Source: Rhina ancylostomus
Taxonomy: Eukaryota
Direction: 5' to 3'
Assembly: GCA_030265395.1 (NCBI GenBank)
Contig: JARFYF010000084.1
Coordinates: 88,166,273 to 88,230,272, forward strand
DNA length: 64,000 nt
Below the pieces are notes generated by a model, which ran no database searches, was not told the origin of the DNA, and saw only the letters and a program-made list of their open reading frames with translations. A program made the position numbers and the translations under genes. Of the stretch, positions 53,300 through 64,000 are shown piece by piece (within the stretch, counting starts at the first letter, position 1; each line of letters opens with the position of its first letter).

Positions 53300-54050
53300 T
53301 TGGAACATACAGCACAGGAACAGGCCCTTCAGCCCACAATGTCTGGGCCAAACTAATTAAATACCTAACTAAATTAATCTCTTCTGCCTGCACGTGATCA
53401 ATATCCCTCAATTTTCTGCATATTCATCTGCCTTTCTAAGAGCATCTTAAATCGTATCTGCCTCCACCACCACCCTGCAGCTCATTCCAGACACCCACCA
53501 CTCTCTGTGTAAAAAGAAACTTGCCCAACTCATCTCCTTTAAGCTTACCCTCTCTCACCTGAAATGTATGTCCTCTAGTATTCGGCATTTCGACCCTGGG
53601 AGACAGATACCGACTGTCTATCCATGCCTCTTATAAACTTCTATCAGGTCTCCCCTCAGCCTCTGCTGCTCCAAAGAAAACAACCCAAGTTTGTCCAACT
53701 ACTCCTTATAGCACCTGCCCTCTAATCCTGGTAAACCTCTTCTGCACCCTCTCCAAAGCCTCCACAGCCTTCCTGTAATGGGGTGACCAGAATTGAATGC
53801 AATACTCCAGATGAAGCCTAATTGGAGTTTTATAAAGCTGCAACATAACCTCCTGACTCTTGAACTCAGTGCCTCGACTAATAGAGGCAAGCGTGCCACA
53901 CGCCTTCTTTACTGCCCTATCAACCTGTGCAGCCACCTTCAGGGAGCCATGGACTTGGACCCCAAGATCCCTCTGTACATCAACACTGCTAAGAGTCCTG
54001 TCATTAAGAGTGTACTGTCCCTCTACATCTGACCTCCTAAAGTGCAACAT
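53300..54050 (-). mobile_element. CR1 LINE 3' fragment
   Basis: ORF 53706-54089 reads QRDLGVQVHGSLKVAAQVDRAVKKA...HLEYCIQFWSPHYRK..ALERVQKRFTR. Confidence 0.9.
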
Positions 54051-54104
54051 TTTGCTTTGCGGTTCAGTGGTTTTGGGGCATAGAGACATCGAAGGTTCTG
54101 GGTT

Positions 54105-54334
54105 TGAACCTTCCTCTCCCCACCCCTCCCAGTGCCTCCTTTTCCACTCCCTCTTCGCTCCTGTTCACCTCTCCTTCTCCCCCTCCTTTCCCTACACCCA
54201 CCAGCATCCCTCCTTACCCTTCCCCCTTTTCCTGCACCCCTGGCATTCCTCTACCCCTCCCCCTTCAGCCCTCCTCTGTCTCTCTGCCCTCCTGTTCCCC
54301 TCTTGCCCCTTTCTCCATTTCCCCTTCTGCCCCT
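54105..54334. repeat. Low-complexity C/T-rich tract abutting an N gap
   Basis: About 230 bp of nearly pure pyrimidines on the + strand. Confidence 0.85.
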
Positions 54335-56789
54335 NNNNNNNNNNNNNNNNNNNNNNNNNNNNNNNNNNNNNNNNNNNNNNNNNNNNNNNNNNNNNNNNNN
54401 NNNNNNNNNNNNNNNNNNNNNNNNNNNNNNNNNNGTGATTTTTGTTATTGGAAAGACGTTTAGCAATAGAAGCCATTTTATTTCCGAACCAACATCAGCC
54501 CACGATATTTTGCAGTGTCTTGCCTCCTATCATTTATCTGTCGATCTGTATTGAGAAGCTGATTAGCATTGAATGCTGATATGTTTCTGAGTACCATTTA
54601 GTTACACACAATGGAACCATGAGAAAGTGACGGCTTTTTCAGAACTCCCACTCTAACCACTTTTGGTAACGAGTTTGTCTCCTTATGTAACTTGGACATC
54701 TCAGACGCTTTTAATATTTTTCCCAGATTTTGACACTTTATAATGTAGCAGTGCTATTGGGAGGATTTTGGAGATAGATATCGCGTTCAGCAATCTCAAC
54801 AAATACAAGTGTACTCGTATGATCCTAAAGAGGCAGTATAATTAATTAAGGAAGATGTGTTGGTTTCGAATCTTTTTCACATTCCCAGTGAAAGCTTGTC
54901 AGTATAAATTGCATGCTGGGTATTTTCAGGCTGCATTCTGTTTGGCGGGTCGAAATTGTAATGTTCATGTCAATTTTAAATCATGAAATAGTATCCTGTG
55001 TATTACATGTATCATTAAGGAAACCATCTCCCTATGTAATCTATATCTGCAACTACTGATTAGATTCGAAGAATGGATGTTGTGCGTTAGCACAACTTTC
55101 CTATTTAATAAAATCAGACGTAGTCCCTAATTTGAAATAAACATGCTAAGTTTCTCAAGTGTGTACCATCTCACGACATATCTTCCAAATCTGGAATTCT
55201 TGCAAGAAACAGAACACAAAGGTGACATTCCATTGGAACTCAGACCACGCAATATATAGTTGAGGCTTTGAGTCAGACATCAGGATAATTAGAGCGAAGA
55301 TAACACAATCAGGGACGAGGAACCGACGTGGAAGTTATGGAATTTTTATCTTCCCCATAGCCATTCCCCTCCCACCACCCACTCCGTTTTAAATAAAGAA
55401 TTACTGTTCCCCTTTCAACGAAATGGTAAAAATGTGGCAGACATAAAGCAACCTAAAATCTTAACAGAAACCAGCAGAGTGTGAGACACGTAAAATGATG
55501 ATGGGAACAACATATTTATTAACATCCATGCTTGGAATTTCTAACATAAAATATGTTCTTCCCTATAACCATTTGAGTAGCCAACGCGAGAACTTCATGT
55601 TTTTTTTCCAAAATCCGGCTTGTATTCCTCCAAGGACTGAAGTCGATTTGTGACTGAATAGGAATGGTGCACTACGGCCACTCCAGACGTTTTGTTTAGC
55701 TTTTGGAGTACAAGTGTCTTTCAGTGTTTTGCAGAAGGTGACATTAATAATTACACTAGTGAAGACGTGCCCAGGAGATGGCGGTACTAAATTAGTAATA
55801 ATGCAATTGAAAACCAATAAACAAGTGGTTACACCGTGTTTTTAATGTAAATGCACATGTCTAGAACGATAAAGCAGAAGCAGTTTATATATTGGCCTGA
55901 AACAATTAAACTTCGCAGTCATATGCTAAAAGTACCCCATTAGGCAAATATGGACTGATATAAATGTTTTCGCTCGAACAGAATTATAACGTTCTCTAAC
56001 CCGCTCCTTCGCCCCCTTTTCTCTCCCTGCTGAGACGTGTTGCATGCCCAGTTATATTTCGGTCAAGTGACCATTATCACATTGAAAACAATCATTGGAA
56101 TGTTGCTTGGCAATGGGAAGCCGAGTCTGTTCCTTCATTCAGGTACACGCGGAGGCAGAAATGCGACTTGGTCTGATTTCCCTCTCCAAATCCCCGAGTG
56201 CTGATGCTCCTAACAGTGTCAGTTCTATATACTGACTGACATCGACTAACTTCAGACAGGGGAACTAACCTGTTCTTGTCCCACGTCTCTGTTCAGTTAA
56301 ATAATCGAAAAGTAGATCAGAAATAATTAGGGTTTAGCTGGAAAAAAAGATTTAATAACGATTGCGCTGAAATGTGTCACGGCGGATAGTGCCCCACAGT
56401 AGTAAAGTAAGAAATGTGCAGTTATAGAATAGATAAATGACTACTTTGAGAGAAAATCTGGAACATTTCAGGAATGTTTTAGACATTGCCAGGTCGCGTT
56501 CGGTCCCTTCCCTTCAGTATTAGAAGGTATGGCGATTTTTTCATTTTGAAACAAATCATGTTATGTATAAATGAGAGCCAAAAAAATTTCAAAGTGTGTG
56601 TGCGACTACGCTGCTTCTTGCTCTGAGTCCCAAGGAAGTGTTTTCGCCGGTTGATTTTCCATTCTATGTTCAGATTAATTTACCATTTATCACCTGCTCC
56701 GATCTAAGGGTCTGACTTTCTTTAAATGCCAATTTGTCAATTCTTCTGGTAAACAAACACGTTGGTAAATGTTTCGTACTTTGAATTGT

Positions 56790-56995
56790 TGTGCGTCGCT
56801 GGGTTTTTTCCCCCCTTCCGACACTTCTGCAAAAACAGAGGTCAGGGTGTGATTGACATGCAACGGGAGCTCCGCCTTCCGCCCGGGGTTTGAATATAAG
56901 GGAATGTTCCTTTCACGTTTAGTGTCTAGTAGATCTGTTACATCGTAACTAGTCAACAAACGTTAAACATATAGAAGTTAGACATCACGCGTAAG
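56790..56995 (+). promoter_or_regulatory. IRF4: Candidate IRF4 core promoter and non-coding exon 1
   Basis: CpG-rich; GC-box-like ccgccttccgccc; TATAAG at 56895; kB-like GGGAATGTTCC at 56900; AAG|GTAAGA donor at 56995/56996. Mammalian IRF4 starts translation in exon 2. Confidence 0.5.
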
Positions 56996-57453
56996 GTAAG
57001 ATAACTGGTACTTTATCCTGCCACTTTGGTGGCGACTTGTTTTGAATCATTATAGACTTTCATTATCAGACACTGATTAGATGACTCAATCTGTAAAAGC
57101 TGCTGGCCACAAATTTTAAACGCTGATTTTTAAAATTGTGCCCTTACCGGGATGACAGAGTCTGGCTTTGTGTGTAATTGCTGCATATTTTAATTGCGGT
57201 TCAACTTTTAGTGTATTATTTGTGTTCACTCCGAAATTAGAAATGCTTCTTGTTGGTGAACGCTGAGTGAAACTGCCCAGGAGCCCAAGTGATTTCCGAA
57301 GCTCTGCATTGCCGGGGACAACTTGTCCCAGAGCTCGCATCCCTTCCCCCGAGTTAGGCTGACAGCAAGCCGTAAATCTTTAGCCCACCGTTTCAGCCGC
57401 AGGCACCTTTTCTTTGCGCACTCTTTCACACACCCGCATTGTATTCAATAGAA

Positions 57454-57654
57454 ATGAATATGGATTCAGAGTGCAACATGGCTCCAGTGACTTCCGGAAA
57501 CGGCAAACTTCGCCAATGGTTGATCGACCAGATTGACAGTGGCAAATATCCCGGTCTGGTCTGGGAGAACGAAGACAAGACCATTTTTCGGATTCCTTGG
57601 AAACATGCTGGCAAACAGGATTACAACCGAGATGAGGACGCGGCGCTTTTCAAG
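57454..57654 (+). CDS. IRF4: Interferon regulatory factor 4, first coding exon (DNA-binding domain)
   Basis: MNMDSECNMAPVTSGNGKLRQWLIDQIDSGKYPGLVWENEDKTIFRIPWKHAGKQDYNRDEDAALFK; donor AAG|GTAGAA, phase 0. Confidence 0.97.
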
Positions 57655-59262
57655 GTAGAAGAACTTTCTCTCACCTCACTCGGTTTATCGCGTTTCTTCG
57701 ATTGCTGTACTTCTGACAAGTGTTTCACTCTCATGAGGGAAGGTGTTAATTTCCTCTTTTGTTTCATTTAGTTTCCGTAACGCCTTGTCTTATTTTACTT
57801 CTGAGCCTTTTCCTCTTCTTTTTCAATGCGGCTCGCGTGTGACAAGCCCGTTGCCAATTCCCAGTAACCGTGGGCTGAAGTGTTTCCACTGTCGCCCCCA
57901 AACTCTGTTCAATTTGTCCCGCCCGTTCATCTGCAGCTCACTTGGGAGGGCATTGGCAGCATTCCCGCGCCTGCACGGTGGCTACTATTCCCGAGATTTT
58001 GATTTTCACTCCTGTCATATGACCTTGCCCATATCAAACTCCTCAGAAGGACTGGGGACAAGAGTTTCTCAGGCACTTGATGTGTGGAAATTCTCGTAAG
58101 TTAGCTATTTGCAGCGAGTCTGTTACTGTAGCCTGGTGCACCGCAGTTGGAAGTGATGTAGATGTTGTGCTGTGGGACAATTTCCCGCATGCGAGCACCA
58201 CTCGCACTGGTTGGAGGACATGGACCACAACCCAGCAAGAGTTGCTTTCTATTACACTCTGACTTGCACAGCACTGCCTGTATTTCAGGAAAACTGATTT
58301 ATGTGTAGGTGTGCATGAATAATTGTGGTCTCATGTTAGTAAAATTGGACAGCGATACCAATAGAGTTTGTTCTTTTGCTTCAGGGAAATTGCATCACTT
58401 ATTGCCAAGAAATTGTTCAATTTCTCAAGTCGCTAACCAGTCAATATAAAATATGTCGCTGATGTGACTCACTGCACATACCCATGCTGGATATGAGTTA
58501 CTCGTATAGGTCATTATTAGTTTCTTGCAAACGGGGTGACAAGGGGAAAAAAAGTTTAGCTTTCAGAGAAGTACACCACCTAAAAAGATAATTGTGCAGT
58601 ATATGCATACACTCATGGTGTATATAAATAGAATTTTATTAAGTAGCTCGGATGTATTATTGGAAAAGGTTTCTTTTCAGTAAAATGGTTATGCTTCACT
58701 ACGATTTTGCTCAAGTATACTACTAATTTGACCAATGCTAAATGACAAGTCATAATGAATTAGAATATGTACTTTCCCTTAATGTTCTGGTTGCAGTATT
58801 ATACTATTAGAATGGTGATCTTGGGTTTGTTTTCAAAGAAAATTAATAGTTTTTTCCCCTCTGGAATAAGCAAACCCTTTTTAATCTCACATTGTATTGC
58901 AGGCAAGAAATTATAAGTAATGATTTAACTGGAAAACAGAGATTAACTCGTAGAGCTTAAATTTAGCCCCTTTCTGTTAGGATAATGAAGGAAATGGGAC
59001 AGTGAAAGGAATAATTTTTCATGAAAATTTACATTATACAGCTTTTTAACTACTTCAGATATTCTTAGTCTTAATAGTTTTGGGTACTCTGAGGTAGCTT
59101 AAGTCTTCAAAGTTCTAATGTAAATAAAATGTATTATGTTTAGCTTGTTTGTTATTCCTCATATGTACATCCAGATTCCCAACACATTACACAGTCATTT
59201 TACAGCATGGAGTAAGAATTGGAGACTTGCTGAACTTATTGTGAAATACTTTTTCTCCCTAG

Positions 59263-59449
59263 GCTTGGGCACTTTTCAAAGGCAAGTTCCGTGAAGGAAT
59301 TGACAAACCAGATCCACCAACATGGAAAACTAGACTACGATGTGCCTTAAATAAGAGCAACGATTTTGATGAGTTGGTTGACCGGAGTCAACTTGATATT
59401 TCAGACCCATACAAAGTGTACAAAATTATACCAGAAGGGGCCAAAAAAG
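59263..59449 (+). CDS. IRF4: IRF4 coding exon 2 (DNA-binding domain, C-terminal half)
   Basis: AWALFKGKFREGIDKPDPPTWKTRLRCALNKSNDFDELVDRSQLDISDPYKVYKIIPEGAKK; AG/GT boundaries, phase 0 to 1. Confidence 0.97.
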
Positions 59450-59642
59450 GTATTTGATCACTCTAAGTGACTGCCTCATTTGGTTAATTTTTATTTCTTG
59501 AGTAAACTAGACTGGGGAGGGTTAAAAACAGAATAGTTTGAATCATAATCTCTTGATATGGTGGCTTCAAGATTAAAGTAATCTTTAAATCTGTACACAT
59601 TCAAAATGCCTCACTCACATTATCATGTCTTTTTACTGTAAG

Positions 59643-59728
59643 GAGGATCAAAACAAGTAAGCATGGAAGATCAACAGATACTAGTCAACCATCATTCTTA
59701 CACTTCATATCCATCTATGCCACCTCAG
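59643..59728 (+). CDS. IRF4: IRF4 coding exon 3 (linker)
   Basis: (G)GSKQVSMEDQQILVNHHSYTSYPSMPPQ; CAG|GTAAGT donor. A tandem AAG/GAG acceptor allows an alternative start at 59646. Confidence 0.88.
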
Positions 59729-59832
59729 GTAAGTGAGACCCTGGAGTGGATGCATTTCAACTGGCAGTGAATACCATAAGTCTTAGTGCAATAAAGTTGG
59801 AAAAATAAATAGTATTTTGTTTTGGCTTTCAG

Positions 59833-59968
59833 CTACCAAACTACATTGTACCACATGAACGCAGTTGGAGAGAATTTGAACAGCCACATCCAGAACTGTC
59901 CTATCAATGCTCACCAGTGCCATTTGCTCCACGAAATCATCATTGGCAAGGACCTGGTTGTGAAAATG
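59833..59968 (+). CDS. IRF4: IRF4 coding exon 4 (linker)
   Basis: LPNYIVPHERSWREFEQPHPELSYQCSPVPFAPRNHHWQGPGCEN(G); phase 0 to 1. Confidence 0.93.
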
Positions 59969-60662
59969 GTAGGACTTCTCATATAATGGCCGGTGTAGTG
60001 GAAGAAAACTGAGTGCATGAGGCATAGTTACATTATCTATTAAAAGGGGAAAGTGTCTTTCTTTGATCATAGAATAACTTGGATATTACCAGTCCAAAAT
60101 GTAGAAGATATTTTAGGTTCCTCCTGAGAGCAATGCATTCAAAACTACAAAGGAAAGCTCATGCTGATGCAATCTGACTTAACTTTGCTTCTAAATTATT
60201 TTCTAAAAAGTATTACATCATTGCATCTATGCAAATATTCCAGTCTTAATAATACAAGAAGGAGCAAAGGAGAGGGGAACTAAGGCACAAATTTGGGCAG
60301 GACCATGAATAGCTTTAATAAATTATTCACTAATCTCAACATGGTCAAATTATAATCAAATTATGTAAAAGTATTTTGCCACATAAAAATATACAAAGCT
60401 CACTTTGCAGAAGGACTGTGTTAAAGTATTTCATTCATTGAAGCAAAAAAGGATTTGATCTTCATGTTAATTGTATTGCTAACAAATCAATGCCTTGCCA
60501 ATACAGATTGCAGTCTGTTAAGTTACATGCAGGTGTTAATATCAATTAGCTAATATGGGTGTTGCATTTTCCTAAAAGATTATTAAGGGTGATCATGTTA
60601 TGGACTTAATTTGTAACATTAGTTTTAAACCAGCACATCATTTCATTTTATTCTCTTTACAG

Positions 60663-60770
60663 GTTATCAGGTAACTGGGTCATTTTATGCTTGTGCACCT
60701 GCTGAATCACAAGCACCTGGTATTCCCATTGAAGCTAGTATGAGATCTGGTGAAGCACTGGCCCTTTCAG
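60663..60770 (+). CDS. IRF4: IRF4 coding exon 5
   Basis: (G)YQVTGSFYACAPAESQAPGIPIEASMRSGEALALS(D); CAG|GTAAGT donor; 108 bp, phase 1 to 1. Confidence 0.95.
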
Positions 60771-60984
60771 GTAAGTCCACACCTCTGGTATTTGCAAAGC
60801 AGCAGTACTTGTCTATGAGAAACACAAAAGCATTTATCTATGCTTTGTAAGTTCAGCTCTTTATTCAATATTTTTCTGGTTACCTTCTATCTTCCACTCT
60901 CCACAAATAATCTTATCTAAAACTCTTCTGCCCATATTCCAAGTACATTTAACTTGCATCCCAGGGCACATTGTTTCACACTGG

Positions 60985-61340
60985 CTTTCAGAGTGGCTAT
61001 GACACTGTCTTAAAATTCTCATTTTCCCTTTCAAATCTGTTCATGGCCTCCCACTTATCTCTGTAATCTTCTCCACTGTCAGACCTCCAAGATCGGCTTT
61101 CCTATACTTCTAGCCACCTGCTCCATAGTTGGTGTCTCTTCCTTCAAATGCCTTGCTCCTGATCTCTAAGAGTTCCTCTTTTATACCTCTCCACTTCTCT
61201 AACTCTTTCTTTCCTCTAGAACATTTCTTAAAATCTATTGTCATTATATTTGCTTGAATGGCCCTGTGTCAGATCTTGCTTGATAATAATTCTGTGAAGC
61301 ACATTGGAATTTTTCATGCCTTTTTAAAGAAGCTATTACC
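60985..61340 (+). mobile_element. L2-like LINE 3' remnant in an IRF4 intron
   Basis: ttaaaattctcatt...ttcatggcctc...tatctctgtaatct...ctgtgaagcac resembles a typical L2 3' end. Confidence 0.55.
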
Positions 61341-62595
61341 TGAATTCATATAAATTTTGGTGGACTCCTGCGGTTGCATTGTCATGGTAGGGAACAAATT
61401 TGTGGAATAACAGAAAATTTGATATTTAAGTAATTTAACATATTTCTTGCTTTTTCTTGATTGTTTATCCGCTACCTTTTTATTAGCATGGGATTTGGGT
61501 TATTGATTGTAAAATCTGGGGGATGGCTTTTTCATCAGCAGCAGATATTCCTTTGATATTCATCATATTCAATTTTAAATTTGCTAACTAAATGTAGTTT
61601 GCTTAATCCCATACAACAACTGAGCACTTCTCATAATTAATTTGACTGGCTTCCTAGTTTTCTTCTTGCTTCATTGGTACAATGATTCTCTATTGCTTCA
61701 CCTGTAGTTAATTGCATTTCATTTTGGCCATTGTTAATTTTAAATATGGATCAGCATAGTCAGACAAATGACAACATAGCCACTGACCTTGTGTCCACTG
61801 TTAAATCTAGCCATGCGTCCAACCATACAGTGGATGGCAGACTCTTCAGTTGGGTGCAGAAAAAGGGATGAAGGATTTCTAAATTGGACAACTGTGACCC
61901 CTGATCCTGCCTGGTATTTCTAAGACTACATTTCAGCAAACTCCAGTCCCCTGACTATCCCTCCCTTCCCCAACCTTGGCCGTATGATTGGCCTGAAGAA
62001 AAAAAACATAGAAGATAAAAGAAGAAGGGAAGAATAACTTAATTCATGAATGAAGACAAGAAATTGAAAATTCAATGAAAGCATCAAGATGTTATTAAAA
62101 TCAAGTGTTGTGAGTAAACAGCCCACTTAAAAAATGAGGGAAAATAAGAAAAAGGGAAGAAAGAAAACTTAAGAGAAAGAGGAAAAAATACAAGATGACC
62201 ATGAGGAAGACAAGTGATGTCAGAACCTGCCAAATGTAACTACGGAATTGGAAGTCCAAATTTGGACTCCTTGAATCACAACTGTAGTCCTAATCTGCTC
62301 ATGTCCAAGAGTGGCTATGCTGATATTAGATGTTACCAAGATCTTCTCAATTTCAGAATGTGAGTTCTGCCTTATGAACTCAGAAAATCTACTTGCCATC
62401 ACTTGGCCCTAAAGAAGCTGCATATTTATGTTAACTGATTGATTCAGTCAGTTTGTGTGGAAAGAATATTTGGACCTGACAATGGAATAGCCCAAACATC
62501 TTGCAATTCCATTTTTATTTTATTTACTGAGAATTATGTCAATGACTTTCAGCTTGCTGATATACTGAAAACGACAATTTGATTTGCTTTTACAG

Positions 62596-62971
62596 ACTGT
62601 CGGCTACAAATTTGTTTGTATTATCGAGATACCCTGGTGAGAGATGTGACAACTACAAGCCCTGAAGGTTGTAGAATAGCCCATGTCCATGATGATAAGC
62701 CATTTGCAGCTAGCAACATAGATCAGGTGCTGTTTCCTTATCCAGACAGCAATGCACAGCGCAAGGGTATTGACAAGCTTCTCAATCACTTGGAGAAGGG
62801 AGTCCTGCTGTGGATGGCACCTGATGGTCTCTATGCCAAACGATTGTGTCAGAGCAGAATCTACTGGGAAGGACCTTTAGCACCATACAGTGACAGGCCC
62901 AACAAGCTGGAGAGAGACCAAGTCACANNNNNNNNNNACAAAACTGTTTGACACACAACAGTTTCTAATAG
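62596..62971 (+). CDS. IRF4: IRF4 coding exon 6 (IAD/SMAD-FHA-like domain), interrupted by a 10-N gap
   Basis: CRLQICLYYRDTLVRDVTTTSPEGCRI...LEKGVLLWMAPDGLYAKRLCQSRIYWEGP...PNKLERDQVT[gap]KLFDTQQFLI; donor G|GTATTT. Confidence 0.95.
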
Positions 62972-63366
62972 GTATTTAATTTTGGTTTTATTAATCTGTA
63001 AATGTATTTGTATTACATATCCTAAAAATATGGACATTTTCTGATAAAATTTTCTTTTGTAAACTCATTCAATCATTAATGGGAATATGAATGTGAACAG
63101 AGAAAGTTTAGTTAATGGATGCCACAGTATATATGATCACCTAACCTTTTAGACTATTGAAGTCCAAATTTAAAAGTGCTAGAAGTATTCAATTTACAAT
63201 TAGAACATAGCAACTGAAGATTACTTATGAGATAGATTACTGACTCATCATTCTTAATTGTACTAATTTGGAGAAAGTAGATATTTGAACAGCTAGGCAT
63301 TTCCTTGTGTTTGAACTAAATTGTTTAAGGTAGATGAACTGTAACAGACTTTTATGTTGCCTTCAG

Positions 63367-63482
63367 AGCTGCAAAGCTGTGCAAATCATGGGCGTACATT
63401 CATGCCAAGATACCAAATTGTATTTTGTTTTGGAGAAGAATTTCCTGATCCACAAAGATCGCGAAAACTTATCACAGCACAT
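63367..63482 (+). CDS. IRF4: IRF4 coding exon 7 (IAD C-terminal part); the final exon lies beyond the window
   Basis: (E)LQSCANHGRTFMPRYQIVFCFGEEFPDPQRSRKLITAH; CAT|GTAAGT donor. Confidence 0.95.
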
Positions 63483-64000
63483 GTAAGTTCACAATACTGT
63501 ATAGTGTGAGGAAAAAGTATATACATTTAGACTTTTTCATCCTGACAGTTTCTGGGATGAGAACCAGAGTACTTATAATAAGTTTAAATACACTCCATTC
63601 TCAGTGTGAGTTTATGATTGATACCCAGTCAACTTCAAACTCAAATTTGCAATAATTATTATTGCTTTTTCTTTCACTTTTTTTATTTGAAACACTAGCT
63701 TGTTCTTATTAGTGGGATGCAGAAAGAGGTTATATAGCCCATTGGAGCTGATGCTGGCTTCTAGCAGAACAGTTCCTTCAGTCCTATTCTCCTTCTCCTT
63801 ATTTCCATGTGGCATTGCAATTTATTCTTAGATGCCCATTTAACCACACTAAAGGTATTTGTCAAATCTGTTAACTTCACCCATCTCTTCCTCCTCCACC
63901 ACAGAACCTGACCTCTGAAGTGAAAGCAGGTAGCACAATTTTCTATTCTAAAGATGTGCAAAACCTGGTCAACTGTCAGCTGCTGGAACCTCTGGGAGGG

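Noticed and set aside
53860-54554. Pro/Ser/Leu-rich ORFs of up to 192 aa
   Set aside because: They are the antisense of a CR1 plus a pyrimidine tract and a gap.
57454-63482. Alternative assignment to IRF8, IRF9 or IRF10
   Set aside because: GNGKLRQWLIDQIDSGKYPGLVWEN and the linker exons (HHWQGP.CENG, QVTG.FYACAP.ESQAPG) match IRF4.

Overview
Eukaryotic, intron-containing DNA from a gappy scaffold. The mix of repeat families suggests a cartilaginous fish (shark or ray); this is an inference. The one firmly identified gene is IRF4 on the + strand: seven coding exons from 57454 to 63482, with the last exon beyond the window and a candidate promoter/non-coding first exon near 56.8-57.0 kb. About 4.5 kb upstream lies a single, splice-intact exon encoding part of the EBF/COE IPT domain (52860-52990); no other EBF exon was seen. 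The first 54 kb are mostly decayed retroelements (CR1, Rex1/Babar, RTE, L2, Penelope, solo LTRs, SINEs). Other notable features: a family of palindromic Penelope-terminus repeats carrying degenerate hammerhead-ribozyme cores; a CpG/CCAAT promoter at about 46.5 kb with phase-compatible exon candidates on the minus strand; two inverted-repeat structures beside solo LTRs; and a 94-bp hairpin. Repeat boundaries are approximate and family calls were made by eye, without database searches.
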